Assembly: GCA_963843455.1 (NCBI GenBank)
Contig: CAWJKE010000007.1
Location: forward strand, 102,501-166,500
Length of the DNA stretch: 64,000 bases
Direction: 5' to 3'
From: an uncultured Actinomycetota bacterium
GTDB taxonomy: Bacteria; Actinomycetota; Thermoleophilia; RBG-16-64-13
Below are positions 9,909 to 19,076 of the stretch, piece after piece. Each line of letters opens with the position of its first letter. Position 1 is the first letter of the stretch. Position numbers and translations under genes: made by a program. The notes under the pieces were generated by a model. The model saw nothing but the letters and a program-made list of their open reading frames with translations. It was not told the origin of the DNA and searched no databases.

Positions 9909-10007
9909 CGGGACGCTCGCGCGGCCGCGGGGCTCTCAAACGTGTGAGTGACGATCACCGGGAGTCGACGCACTTCTTCAGTTGCAGGACCGCGAGAAGA
10001 AGAGAGG

Positions 10008-10590
10008 CTATCCGGGCTGCAGGCTCGGTCCGGCGTCCTTGACGATCGCACGTCCCCGGTCGGAGATGCGCGCATCCAGGTGTCGCTGAGCAGCGGCACT
10101 AGCCCACTTCATCACGCCCTGCGGGCTAGCTAGGGGCCACGTCCTGTCAAGTGGTGCACGAAGTCTGATACTCCATCCTATGGTGTCTCGACCTGCAAGA
10201 GGCCGGGTAGGCCTGATGCAGCTCTCCCGGTCCAGGAAGATCCGGAAACCCCCCCAGGTGCGCCGCTTGATCTCCTTGTTGACCCCCCACGTTGGTGCTC
10301 TTGAGATGCTTGTGATGGCCGAGGAGCGCCCGGTAGAAGGCGAGCATCTCTTAGATGTTCCACTCCAGCCACTCGCAAAGCTTCGGATGGGTTTTCTGCC
10401 AGCGGGCAAGGCGGGCCGAGGGACTTCTGGGCCTCCGCCAGATTGCGCCGGTCATAGAGCCAGCGGAGCTCCTGCAGGCAGTCGTCGCTTGCCTTGCTCG
10501 GCGTGGGATCAAGGGCGTCCTCTTACATCACTTCCTGGACAAGAGTCCGCCTGAGTTTCGGATCGTACGCGATCAGGGCCATATGTGTGG
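10008..10590 (-). pseudogene. IS256 (mutator) family transposase relic, C-terminal ~180 aa, frameshifted with internal stop
   Basis: Minus-strand frames give ...LQELRWLYDRRNLAEAQKSLG / LARWQKTHPKLCEWLEWNI / LAFYRALLGHHKHLKSTN / VNKEIKRRTWGGFRIFLDRESCIRP. These match the conserved IS256/IS1081 C-terminal region (ITFYRFPAEHWKHLRTTN...LNREIRRRTRVVGIFPNRES) but are spread over three frames. No N-terminal part or inverted repeats found. Confidence 0.55.
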
Positions 10591-11254
10591 GCGTCACTCT
10601 CGCGCTCTTCTCCAGGGGTCGTGCCGTGCTCCCCTCCTAGGGTTGATTGATCATCACGGGCAAGAGCATGACTTTCCTTCTGGCCCTTCTCCGGAAACTT
10701 GTGCACTAGGGTCAGCGCGCTGTTGATTATCCCGCTAGGGAGATTATTTCTGGCGAAAGCATGCTCCTCTGAGTAGAAATATCCGCTCCAACCACATGTC
10801 CAAAGTATGGACTTTCGACACAGAGCGATTATAAATTCGCTCATAGGCCCATTATACTTCTAGAACGAGGAAAATATCGCAATAACAGCATGATCCAAGA
10901 AGAGACGATTGAGAAGGGAGATGTTTGACAACAGTGATGGCTCAAGTTACGCTGTTCAAGATATCCTGAGTTGTCGACGGACGAGATGCAGTAGGTCGAC
11001 GATTCCGGATAGGCCGTGACAGGGAGTGAGTCTTCGGGCGGACGAGTGGGGTCTGCCGGAGGCGGGCGTGGAACACGGTATGTCAAGTCACGGCTGTACG
11101 CGCGGTTGGTGTCTTGTGGATTGGTGAGATGGGCCTCGAGAGGAGAAGAGCCGTGGTCTACAAAGTCTGGTAGCTGGCTACTCGTTAGTCACTAACCTTC
11201 GAAGGGAGGTCAGCCGATAGACTAGAGGTCGGAAGGTGAGACCAATGCTTTCGT

Positions 11255-12769
11255 ATGGCCAAGACTAACACTATCAGCATAGATGGCCGTTCTGCTCTCG
11301 TGTGGGGCAGGAGTCGGGGTTTCTGGGCCAGGTTGTACGTGGCCACTTTGGCTGTGCTTGCGTTCTGTCTCCTGGGTTGGATTGTGTACAGTCAGATTCG
11401 GGCACGCTCAGAAAATCTGGAAATGAGTTTTTCGTGGTACGGCTTTGTGCTCTTACTTCTCGTCGGAGCTTTCGCGGAGAAGTACACAGTCCGAATTGGA
11501 TCGGGCCAGGAGGTTTCAGCCGCTTTTCTTGCGTTCTTCTTAGGCGCGGCGATCATTGGCCCACTGGCAAGTTTTCTGATCGCGGCGGCAAGCCAACTCC
11601 CTCTTCTTAGAAGGAACGACCTGGAGCGGACATCATGTTTCGCCTCAGTACTCGCGCTTGTTGCCGCAGGAACAGCTCTATTCTACAGCGGCTTGATGGG
11701 TTCACTTAGTGACCACGGGGACAACTCGGCGGTCAGTGTGGCCGCCGTCGGACTTGCTGCTGGGGTATTTTTTCAAATTCTGAACTACCTCTTGTTTGTT
11801 CCTGTCGGCTGGCTGCGCCGCGGCCTCAGCCCTGTGAAAGTCTGGCGAGAGGGCTTCCAGCCCTTTATCCCGTTCCACTTCTTCTTCCTGGCCATCAGCC
11901 TGGGTCTCATTTACATATATCGCGCCTATGCCCTCAAGCCCGGCGGTGTCTCCCAGGTTTACTCCACCTTGCTCATCATGTTGTGCCTGCTACCAGTGCT
12001 CGGCCTTATTTACGCTTTCCGCGCCTTCGCCCACGAGCGCGAGCTGTCCCGCCACAACGCCGCCTTGGCCCTCCGCAACGAGCGCCTGTTCCTGCAGGCG
12101 GTCAAGAGCCAGGTGACCGCCCTCGACGTCAAGGACAACTACACCGCCCGCCATTCGGCCGCCGTCGCTCGCTGGGCCACCGACATCGCCCAGGCCATGG
12201 CCCTCTCCAAGCACGATCAGAACATCACCCACCTCGCCAGCCTGGTCCACGATGTGGGCAAGATCGGCGTGCCCGACGAAGTGCTCAACTTCCCGGGGAA
12301 GCTGGAACACGACGCCTGGCTGCTGGTGGAGACCCATTGTCAGAACGGTCACAAGATCTTGAAGACCATCGACCAGTTCGGCGAGCTGGCCGAGGTGATC
12401 CTCTATCACCACGAGCGTTACGACGGCTCCGGTTATCCGGTGGGGCTGGTGGGGGAGGCCATCCCGCTCATAAGCCGCATCATCTGCGTGGCCGACAGCT
12501 ACTCCGCCATGGTGAGCGACCGTCCCTACCGCAAGGCCCTCTCCGCCGAGATAGCCCAGGGCGAACTGCGCAAGCACTCGGGCAAACAGTTCGACCCGGC
12601 CCTGGTGGACGTGTTCCTCAAGGTGCTCGCCGAGCACGACCTCGCCTACCAGCGCGGGGAGCTGGCCGACTTCGACCTGGAGTTCTCCAGCGACCGCTTT
12701 TTGCGCGAGTTGCCGGCCGAACTGGTGGACGAAGAGCCAGGATTAGCGGCGCCCGTCCCGAACTCGTAG
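11255..12769 (+). CDS. membrane-anchored HD-GYP domain phosphodiesterase (7TM receptor with HD hydrolase)
   Basis: N-terminal ~8 TM helices, then the HD-GYP motifs HSAAVARWA, HDVGKIGVPDEVL and HHERYDGSGYP. Confidence 0.85.
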   Translation: MAKTNTISIDGRSALVWGRSRGFWARLYVATLAVLAFCLLGWIVYSQIRARSENLEMSFSWYGFVLLLLVGAFAEKYTVRIGSGQEVSAAFLAFFLGAAIIGPLASFLIAAASQLPLLRRNDLERTSCFASVLALVAAGTALFYSGLMGSLSDHGDNSAVSVAAVGLAAGVFFQILNYLLFVPVGWLRRGLSPVKVWREGFQPFIPFHFFFLAISLGLIYIYRAYALKPGGVSQVYSTLLIMLCLLPVLGLIYAFRAFAHERELSRHNAALALRNERLFLQAVKSQVTALDVKDNYTARHSAAVARWATDIAQAMALSKHDQNITHLASLVHDVGKIGVPDEVLNFPGKLEHDAWLLVETHCQNGHKILKTIDQFGELAEVILYHHERYDGSGYPVGLVGEAIPLISRIICVADSYSAMVSDRPYRKALSAEIAQGELRKHSGKQFDPALVDVFLKVLAEHDLAYQRGELADFDLEFSSDRFLRELPAELVDEEPGLAAPVPNS

Positions 12770-12815
12770 CTGGTATTGTGATGGCCGCGGCTGCGCCGGC
12801 AGATGGGCGTGGCGG

Positions 12816-14207
12816 TTGCATCTTTTAGGGGGAACATTGGGCTTCCGCGTGGTCGGGCGCATACTCCTGGCCCAAGGGCTCTCCAGTCTCGGCACCTCCA
12901 TGTCGACGGTGGCCCTGGCCATCATGGTGTACAAGATCACCGGTTCGGTGCTGCACATGGGCGGCGTCCTGGCAGCCGCCACCCTGCCTCTGGTGGTGAC
13001 GGCCTGGATCGGGGGCGCCTTCCTGGACCGCTACAGCGCCCGCAACGTCATGGTGCTGGCCGACGGAGCCCGGGCGGTGCTGATCTTCGCCATGCCCTTT
13101 GTGGCCGTACGGGCCGTCAGTCTCATCTACGTGGTGGCCGCCCTCATGGGCATCTTCTCGGCGGTGTTCAACCCCGGACAGATCAAGCTCATCGGGGAGC
13201 TTCTGCCGAAGGAGCGCTTGGTCAAGGCCAACTCGTATCTAGGTGTGTCCCGGGATGGGGCGGAGTTGGTCGGGTATCTGCTGGGGGGCGTGGTCGCGTC
13301 CATAGCCACTGTGACCATACTCGGCACGACCATCACCGGCTATACCCTGGCCTTCATCGTGGATGCCATCAGCTACGCGGTATCCGGCGTCTTGCTCATC
13401 GGGTTGCCGCGCGGCCTGGCGCATGTGGGGCCGGTACCCAAGGTGCGGACGCTGGTAGCCGAATCGCCGGCGGTTCTGGGCCGCCTGTGGCGCAGCCCGG
13501 CCCTGCGCACCAACCTGCTGTTGGCGGTGTTCGCCGCTGGGGCGCTGATGATGTATATGCCCAACTCCTACGGCCTGGCCCTGCAGGTGTTCGACAAGGG
13601 AGCAGAGGGATTGGCGGCGCTCGAGGTGTTCGTGGCCGTGGGGCTTATCGCGGGAGGGTTGGTCTTTAGCCGGACGCGACTCAAGGGTGATAGGAATGCC
13701 TACGTGATTCTCTCTCTGGTGGCGATGGCTACGTGCCTGATAGCGGTGAGCTTCAGTGGACTGTTCTGGGTATCGGTCGTGCTGATGGGACTCGGCGGGC
13801 TGGCCAACGTGGGGATCTTCGTGCCGTCTATCACCATGTTCCAGGAGATCCCGCCCACTCCGGACAAGGGGCGGCTGATAGCCCTGCGGTCGGGCCTGGG
13901 CCAGTTGGGCGTGGCCGCGGGTCTGGTCCTCGGCGGGTTGCTAGGGGCGCAGATTGGCATCAAACCGGCATTCTTTGTGGCGGGGGCGGGCGCCATCGTC
14001 ATCGGCGTGCTTATCTACCTGCCCTACCGGTTGGGCGCCTCTCGCCGGGCCAGCACCGCCTGGAGCGCGGCCACGCAGGCGGGGGCCACGCGGAGCAGCG
14101 CGCGTAACCTTGCGCACGAAGCCGCGTATAACGGAGCAGCGGCCTGGGCCGCGGCCGCCGAGGCGGCCGCCGCAGCAAGCGACACGCTCGCCCTGGAGGA
14201 AGTATGA
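12816..14207 (+). CDS. MFS transporter
   Basis: 12 predicted TM helices, N-terminal FRVVGRILLAQGLSSLGTSM... (EntS/YbdA-like MFS signature); C-terminal Ala-rich tail. Confidence 0.8.
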   Translation: MHLLGGTLGFRVVGRILLAQGLSSLGTSMSTVALAIMVYKITGSVLHMGGVLAAATLPLVVTAWIGGAFLDRYSARNVMVLADGARAVLIFAMPFVAVRAVSLIYVVAALMGIFSAVFNPGQIKLIGELLPKERLVKANSYLGVSRDGAELVGYLLGGVVASIATVTILGTTITGYTLAFIVDAISYAVSGVLLIGLPRGLAHVGPVPKVRTLVAESPAVLGRLWRSPALRTNLLLAVFAAGALMMYMPNSYGLALQVFDKGAEGLAALEVFVAVGLIAGGLVFSRTRLKGDRNAYVILSLVAMATCLIAVSFSGLFWVSVVLMGLGGLANVGIFVPSITMFQEIPPTPDKGRLIALRSGLGQLGVAAGLVLGGLLGAQIGIKPAFFVAGAGAIVIGVLIYLPYRLGASRRASTAWSAATQAGATRSSARNLAHEAAYNGAAAWAAAAEAAAAASDTLALEEV

Positions 14208-15163
14208 AAGATGTTCGCGAGTTGCTGCCCCGCATGGGCGGCATCGCCCTCAAGAACGGCCTGGTGCTGGTCTCCGACGATCACTGGGCCGCGGCCCTCA
14301 GAGAGAGCGACGGGAGTATCAGCGTCACCTCGGGCCGCAAGACCCGGTTGCCGTCTGGGGGGTCCCGGCGCGGCGCCCGGGCGGGTGCGGGCGCGGGGTT
14401 GGGCGCCGGCGCGCAGCCCGGCGCGCAGCCGCAGGTGGGCGACCTGCAAGGTCTCCCCATGGTGCGCGGCTTGGCCCGCTTCGCCGAGACCCTCCTGGTG
14501 CTGGCCCAGGTCAAGCTGCGGGTGCCTCAGGCCGAACTGCCCCTTGAAGGTGGACGGGTCGTCCTGGCTCTCGCCGCGGGCTACGCTGCCACGTCGACGG
14601 TGCGGAATCTGGGCCCCAAGTCGACCATCGTGCAGGAGACCGGCGCCGCGCTTGCCGCCTTCGTGCCCGCGGTCCTCTCTCTGAGGAATTCCGCCATCAC
14701 CGGGTATCACGGCGCGGAGCATAAGGTGATCGCCGGACGCGAAGCGGAGTTGCGGGCGGCCGCGGCCGGAGTCTCATACAGTCCGCGAGCCGGGCAGCCT
14801 TCGGCGGCTGCCGGGGCGGCGAAAGAGCACGATCGTTGCGGCTCGAACATCGTCGGCCCGTTGCTCCTGAGCACCATCGCGGCCAATGCCCTCATCCGAG
14901 GTAGGTCGGGACGTATGACGCCGGCCGGTTCGGCGGTGGCCACCGTGGTCAGCCTCGGGGCCGCGCTGGAGGCCCTGCGCTGGTCCACCCGGCACGGCGA
15001 CTCGCTGGCCGCCCGGCTGCTCATGTCGCCGGGGAGGATCATCCAGAAGACGCTCACCACCTCCGAGCCCACCCCGCAACAACTCGAAGTGGCCGAGCGG
15101 GCTATGAAGGAGTTGCTCAGGCTGGAGGCCGCGGGGGCCCGAAGCCCGGCGGTTCCTAGTTGA
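14204..15163 (+). CDS. DUF1385 (YqhQ-like) family protein
   Basis: YHGAEHKVIAGRE and HDRCGSNIVG motifs diagnostic of DUF1385; ATGA start/stop overlap with the MFS gene suggests translational coupling. Gly/Ala/Arg-rich low-complexity insertion. Confidence 0.6.
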   Translation: MKDVRELLPRMGGIALKNGLVLVSDDHWAAALRESDGSISVTSGRKTRLPSGGSRRGARAGAGAGLGAGAQPGAQPQVGDLQGLPMVRGLARFAETLLVLAQVKLRVPQAELPLEGGRVVLALAAGYAATSTVRNLGPKSTIVQETGAALAAFVPAVLSLRNSAITGYHGAEHKVIAGREAELRAAAAGVSYSPRAGQPSAAAGAAKEHDRCGSNIVGPLLLSTIAANALIRGRSGRMTPAGSAVATVVSLGAALEALRWSTRHGDSLAARLLMSPGRIIQKTLTTSEPTPQQLEVAERAMKELLRLEAAGARSPAVPS

Positions 15164-16254
15164 GCGGCGCTCCGGTCTGGGCCATCTGCGCAAGATACCC
15201 AAGGGCGCCCGTGTAGTCTTGGGAAGCCACCAGGAAGCCGAAGCCGCCGTACCAAAAGACCCACACCTGCTCTTCGCTCACGTCGTACCTCTCGACGGCG
15301 CCGGCCTTGAGATTATCGAGCAGGGCGGGCGTGGCGGCTTCGGTCCTCTTCACGGAGCGGGATTCGATGATGTCCCAGAGCAGAACCACGTCGCCGTTGG
15401 CGAACCGGTAGCCTTTGGCCGCGGTCATGGTGAGCGGCTGGGCGGCCTCAGGCAGCCAGTCCAGTTCCGCGCCGGCCATCACCTCGTAGGGCAGAGTGTC
15501 CGGAAGCCGCTTGCCCTGCACCCGGTCCTCGAACCTCCAGGCCTTGCCCTCGAAGCTCGACATCCCCGGGGGAAGTGTGGTCGAGGTGTTCTTCGGTCCG
15601 ACGGTGGTCCGGACCTGTTCGAGGGTCGTGAAGGCGAAAGGCGCCAGGATGTTGACGAACCGGTCTCCGGCCGCGAGGAATATCCCGTAGTTGTCGTTCC
15701 AGGGGAAGTACGCCCCCTGTGCTCCGGAGCCGATCGGCAGGTCTTTGTCACTGTGGTAGGAGAAGAAGAGCACCTTGTCCCCCCTCGACACTGGTGACTC
15801 GGCGGCGCCTCCCACCGGAGCCAGCAGCGCTAAGGCCACCGGGGTCCCGAAGCTGGGGCGACCCCTTGAGCACCTCATCGGGCTTGACGTAGAACACGAT
15901 GTAGGGGTTGGAAACGTCGCCGGCTGCGCTGTGAGGCGCATCGACCTTGGTCACGGTGCCCTGAACGATGAGCTGAGACTCGTTGGTGCAGTCTTCCACG
16001 GAAGGTGTGGCGACGAAGAGTTTGATGCCGGTCAACTGGGTCTGCGCGATCTCGCGGGCCTGCTCCAGTTGCTGCCGCTGCCGCGCCGTGGCCGCGGCGG
16101 TGGCGGGAGTGTTCGAGGTCGTCGGGGGGCCGACCTCGGCTGTGGGGGGCACGGCGGCGGTGCCGATACGGGTGCAGCCGGCCAGCGTCGGGACCGCCGC
16201 CAGTAGCAGTGCGCCACAGAGGATAGCCAAGGTCAAGCGTGCGGCCCGCGTCAT
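15156..16254 (-). CDS. lipoprotein (hypothetical), reading frame interrupted by one frameshift near 15860
   Basis: ORFs 15748-16296 and 15156-15941 are adjacent frames of one gene. N-terminal part has lipobox LAGCTRIG; protein-like sequence switches frame at ...YVKPDEVLKG / RPSFGTPVALALLAPVGG... in a G/C homopolymer at ~15856-15866. ATGA overlap with the upstream small gene at 16251-16254. Confidence 0.4.
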
Positions 16255-16601
16255 GGCCCCCCCACCAGTCCGTACGTCCGGTACTTGTGATCCCACGTGT
16301 AGACGACGATGCCGGTGGGGTCGGCGCCGGGAATGGGCGGCGCGGTAGTGAAGACCTCACGATCGGGCCATGGCGCGCGGCCCAAACGCACTGCGCCGGC
16401 CATAGACTCCGGCGACACCTCCGCGCCGCCTCTGTACTCGCGCGAGTGGAAGACGATCTGGTCTGAGGGGGACCAAGGATTGAGGGTGTGGCGGAAGAAG
16501 AACTGGTACCCGAAGAAGACGAGACAAAGAGCGACCACGGCGACGATCGCGACCCTCGCGACGCGTCTGGCGGTAAGGGGACGGCCTCTGAACTGTGGCA
16601 T
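16251..16601 (-). CDS. small membrane-anchored hypothetical protein
   Basis: 116 aa, one N-terminal TM helix (VARVAIVAVVALCLVFFGYQFFF); sits between the helical-domain gene and the lipoprotein on the same strand. Confidence 0.4.
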   Translation of the reverse strand: MPQFRGRPLTARRVARVAIVAVVALCLVFFGYQFFFRHTLNPWSPSDQIVFHSREYRGGAEVSPESMAGAVRLGRAPWPDREVFTTAPPIPGADPTGIVVYTWDHKYRTYGLVGGP

Positions 16602-16685
16602 GCCTCGCTCCTGCCGGTCCGTTTCCCGGCTCAGATACTACGCGAGCAAGTCGGGACGCGATAGGCCGAGGCGCGAGCGGTACTT

Positions 16686-17246
16686 CTATTTCTCGGGTAT
16701 CGAGTTTGTTCTTGCGACGCTCGTGTCGCTCCCGGTCACCAGATCGACGCTTATGCCGTTGGACACGCCAAGGTACTTGTCGATTAGAGCGGTTATCTGG
16801 GCCTTGGTCGTCTGAAGGGCGGCCTGTGCCTGGCTGACCGCGACCTGCTCCTGGGCGGCGATAGCGCGCAGTTGGTCGAACGTCGTCTTGTCGTCGGCGG
16901 TCATCTTCTCACCGATCAGGTCGAGGATCGCATTCTCCTTGGCCTGCTGCAGTTGCAGGTCGGCGGCGGCCGCGGCCGCCACGGCCGCCGCGGGCGTCGT
17001 GTCGACGGTCGGGAGTTGGAGGGCGGGAAGGGAGGTCGTGGACGAGGAGGAGGTGACGGCCGCCTGAGTGACGGCTGCTTGGGTGAGCGCGGTCGTGGAT
17101 GAGGCCGTAGCCGGGGTGAGAGAGTAGTTGTCGCCCGTGCCCGTGCTCGCGAGCGCGAAGGAGCCGATGCATAGGGTCAAGACAATGGCCAACACGGGGA
17201 CCACCCATTTGTTCTGGAAGAACCGCCCCCCGAAGAATCGCTTCAT
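16686..17246 (-). CDS. secreted/membrane-anchored helical protein, paralogue of the N-terminal domain of the adjacent M23 peptidase (alternative start at 17417 gives a 57-aa duplicated N-terminus)
   Basis: MKRFFGGRFFQNKWVVPVLAIVLTLCIGSFALA signal anchor; AGGGGG RBS; helical region ILDLIGEKMTADDKTTFDQLRAIAAQEQVAVSQAQ aligns with IVLKLVREKMSPADREALDKLVAAAATQQLDVGLSQS of the M23 protein. Two in-frame ATGs (17246, 17417) created by a 171-bp tandem duplication. Confidence 0.5.
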   Translation of the reverse strand: MKRFFGGRFFQNKWVVPVLAIVLTLCIGSFALASTGTGDNYSLTPATASSTTALTQAAVTQAAVTSSSSTTSLPALQLPTVDTTPAAAVAAAAAADLQLQQAKENAILDLIGEKMTADDKTTFDQLRAIAAQEQVAVSQAQAALQTTKAQITALIDKYLGVSNGISVDLVTGSDTSVARTNSIPEK

Positions 17247-17480
17247 TTCTGCCCCCTGGCTATCCCGGATTGCTCGTGGTGGTCGTCGACCCGGTGCCGG
17301 TGGTCGTGGGCGGATGGACCAGAGCGCGAAGGAGGCGATGCAGAGGGTCAAGACAATGGCCGACACGGGGACCACCCATTTGTTCTGGAAGAACCGCCCT
17401 CCGAAGAATCGCTTCATTTCTGCCCCCTGGCTATCCCGGATTGCTCGTGGCGGTCGTCGACCCGGTGCCGATGGTCGTCG
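17153..17480. repeat. tandem direct duplication, 2 x ~171 bp
   Basis: Unit gcgcgaaggagccgatgcatagggtcaagacaatggcc...gattgctcgtgg repeated head-to-tail with a few substitutions (period 171 = 57 codons). Each copy contains a pseudo/real stop of the M23 gene, the RBS, ATG and signal-anchor coding start of the downstream gene. Confidence 0.85.
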
Positions 17481-18681
17481 GGGGACCGACGAGCGTCGTG
17501 TCCGTCGTCGATGTCTCCGGCGCGGTCGTGGTCGACGTGGTCGACGTGGTGCCTGTCGACTCCGTAGTCGTGGTGTCGGTCGTGGACGGAGTCGTCGAAG
17601 ACGTATCCGTCGTGATCGTCGTCGTGGTTGTCGTGGTCGTAGGGGTCGTCGTGGTGGTTGTAGTGGTTGTAGTCGTTGTAGTGGTTGTGGTGGTCGCTGT
17701 CGTGGTGGTAGTGGTTGTGGTCGAGGTGCTCCCGACCACATCGGCTATGGTTGCCGCTCCCCGCAGAACCAGGTATGGATCGATGGCGATCCCGCCCCCT
17801 GGGTGGATCTCGAAGTGCAGATGGACGGCGCTGGCGCGCGCATCCCCGGAATTCCCGGCGTAGCCGACCACCTGTCCGGCCGCCACACGCACGCCGGTGC
17901 GCATCCCTTCGCCGAGAGATTCCAGATGGGCGTAGTAGTAGGAGTTGCCGTCGGCGCCCCGCAGCCAGACCGTCCGGCCTCCCAGACCGATGTCCAGGGG
18001 GTTCGCCCGGCCGATCACGCCGTCGACGACCGCGACGAGGGGGGTATTGCGGGCGCAGAAGATATCGGCACCCCGATGGGGATGGTAGCCGCCGGCGTAC
18101 CGGGGCGCGCCGAAGCTATCGCCGAAGCTGTTGCGGCCGGCCACGGGGAAGATCCAGTCGAGACCCACCTGGAAGATGGCGGCTGGCACCTCCGGATCCG
18201 GATATAACCCGACGGCTCCCTGTGCCCCGGTCGCCCCTTCGGGGGGCTCCAGCAGGTACGCGTCCGCGAGGTCCATCAGTTCCTCCTGGGCGGTGTCCAC
18301 GATGCTCTGGCTCAGCCCGACATCCAGTTGCTGTGTCGCGGCCGCGGCCACAAGCTTGTCGAGAGCCTCGCGGTCTGCCGGGCTCATCTTCTCTCTGACG
18401 AGCTTCAGTACGATCTCATCCTGGACAGCGGCCCCCTGCGATGCGGGCGCGGTGTCGGTGAAGCCGAGCAACGCCGAACTTTCGGTCACTTGGGGAAAGA
18501 GGTCCAGGGGTCCGAGCACGCCCTCGGTCTCGAGGATGCCCGAGGTCTGCGGAGGGGGAGCGGGCGCGTCGCCCCGCATCTCGGTCGTAGCGGCCAGTGC
18601 CGCCGGCGTACCGCCCATGACAAGGACGGCGGCTGCCGCGGGTATGACCAACATCGTCCAACGAGGTAGTCTTGGGCGCAT
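17431..18681 (-). CDS. M23 family metallopeptidase (LytM-like) with N-terminal helical domain and C-terminal poly-Thr tail
   Basis: GYHPHRGADIF ... NSGDARASAVHLHFEIH (HxxxD / HxH LytM motifs); signal peptide; C-terminal ~90 aa almost pure Thr/Ser. Confidence 0.85.
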   Translation of the reverse strand: MRPRLPRWTMLVIPAAAAVLVMGGTPAALAATTEMRGDAPAPPPQTSGILETEGVLGPLDLFPQVTESSALLGFTDTAPASQGAAVQDEIVLKLVREKMSPADREALDKLVAAAATQQLDVGLSQSIVDTAQEELMDLADAYLLEPPEGATGAQGAVGLYPDPEVPAAIFQVGLDWIFPVAGRNSFGDSFGAPRYAGGYHPHRGADIFCARNTPLVAVVDGVIGRANPLDIGLGGRTVWLRGADGNSYYYAHLESLGEGMRTGVRVAAGQVVGYAGNSGDARASAVHLHFEIHPGGGIAIDPYLVLRGAATIADVVGSTSTTTTTTTTATTTTTTTTTTTTTTTTTPTTTTTTTTITTDTSSTTPSTTDTTTTESTGTTSTTSTTTAPETSTTDTTLVGPPTTIGTGSTTATSNPG

Positions 18682-18812
18682 CCGACTCCGACCACCAAGG
18701 TTTGCACGTACAAATAGCTACACCGACATGGATCGGTGCACAACGGTTACCCTGGGGCGCTTCAGGCCAAACCCGGCACAGGGGGTTTTGGCCTGGGTAA
18801 AGTCCTCGCGAG

Positions 18813-19076
18813 ATGGAAAGGACCTGGCTCCATTCCGATGTCAGCAGGCATCAGACGCTCGCGGGCGCGTGGGTCACGCCTGAGCCGAGCCGCTGCGTAC
18901 AGTGCGGCATCTGCTCGTTCCACTGCCCGATGGACATCGACGTGCGCCGTTCGGTGTGGCTGGGCGAGCCGGTCGCGGACAGGCACTGTCTCACGTGCGG
19001 CCAGTGTGTGGAGCGCTGCCCCCGAGGTCTGTTGCGTTTCGAAGCGATCACCGGTGACGGCCAGGAGGCTAGATGA
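18813..19076 (+). CDS. 2x[4Fe-4S] ferredoxin
   Basis: Two CxxCxxCxxxCP motifs (CVQCGICSFHCP, CLTCGQCVERCP); ATGA overlap with downstream oxidoreductase. Confidence 0.7.
   Translation: MERTWLHSDVSRHQTLAGAWVTPEPSRCVQCGICSFHCPMDIDVRRSVWLGEPVADRHCLTCGQCVERCPRGLLRFEAITGDGQEAR

Noticed and set aside
10355-10726. 123-aa plus-strand ORF in the IS relic region
   Set aside because: Antisense to the transposase-derived segments, with no similarity to anything recognisable. The locus is better explained as a decayed IS256-family transposase on the minus strand.
12803-13669. 288-aa plus-strand ORF overlapping the MFS transporter gene in another frame
   Set aside because: Gly/Arg/His-rich translation without TM helices, whereas the alternative frame gives a complete 12-TM MFS protein.
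17500-17760. Possible CRISPR or spacer-like periodicity in the poly-Thr/poly-Val region and 21-bp repeats at 50509-50613
   Set aside because: Both are in-frame coding low-complexity repeats (poly-Thr tail; TTSVPQT linker). No repeat-spacer architecture and no cas genes anywhere in the window.
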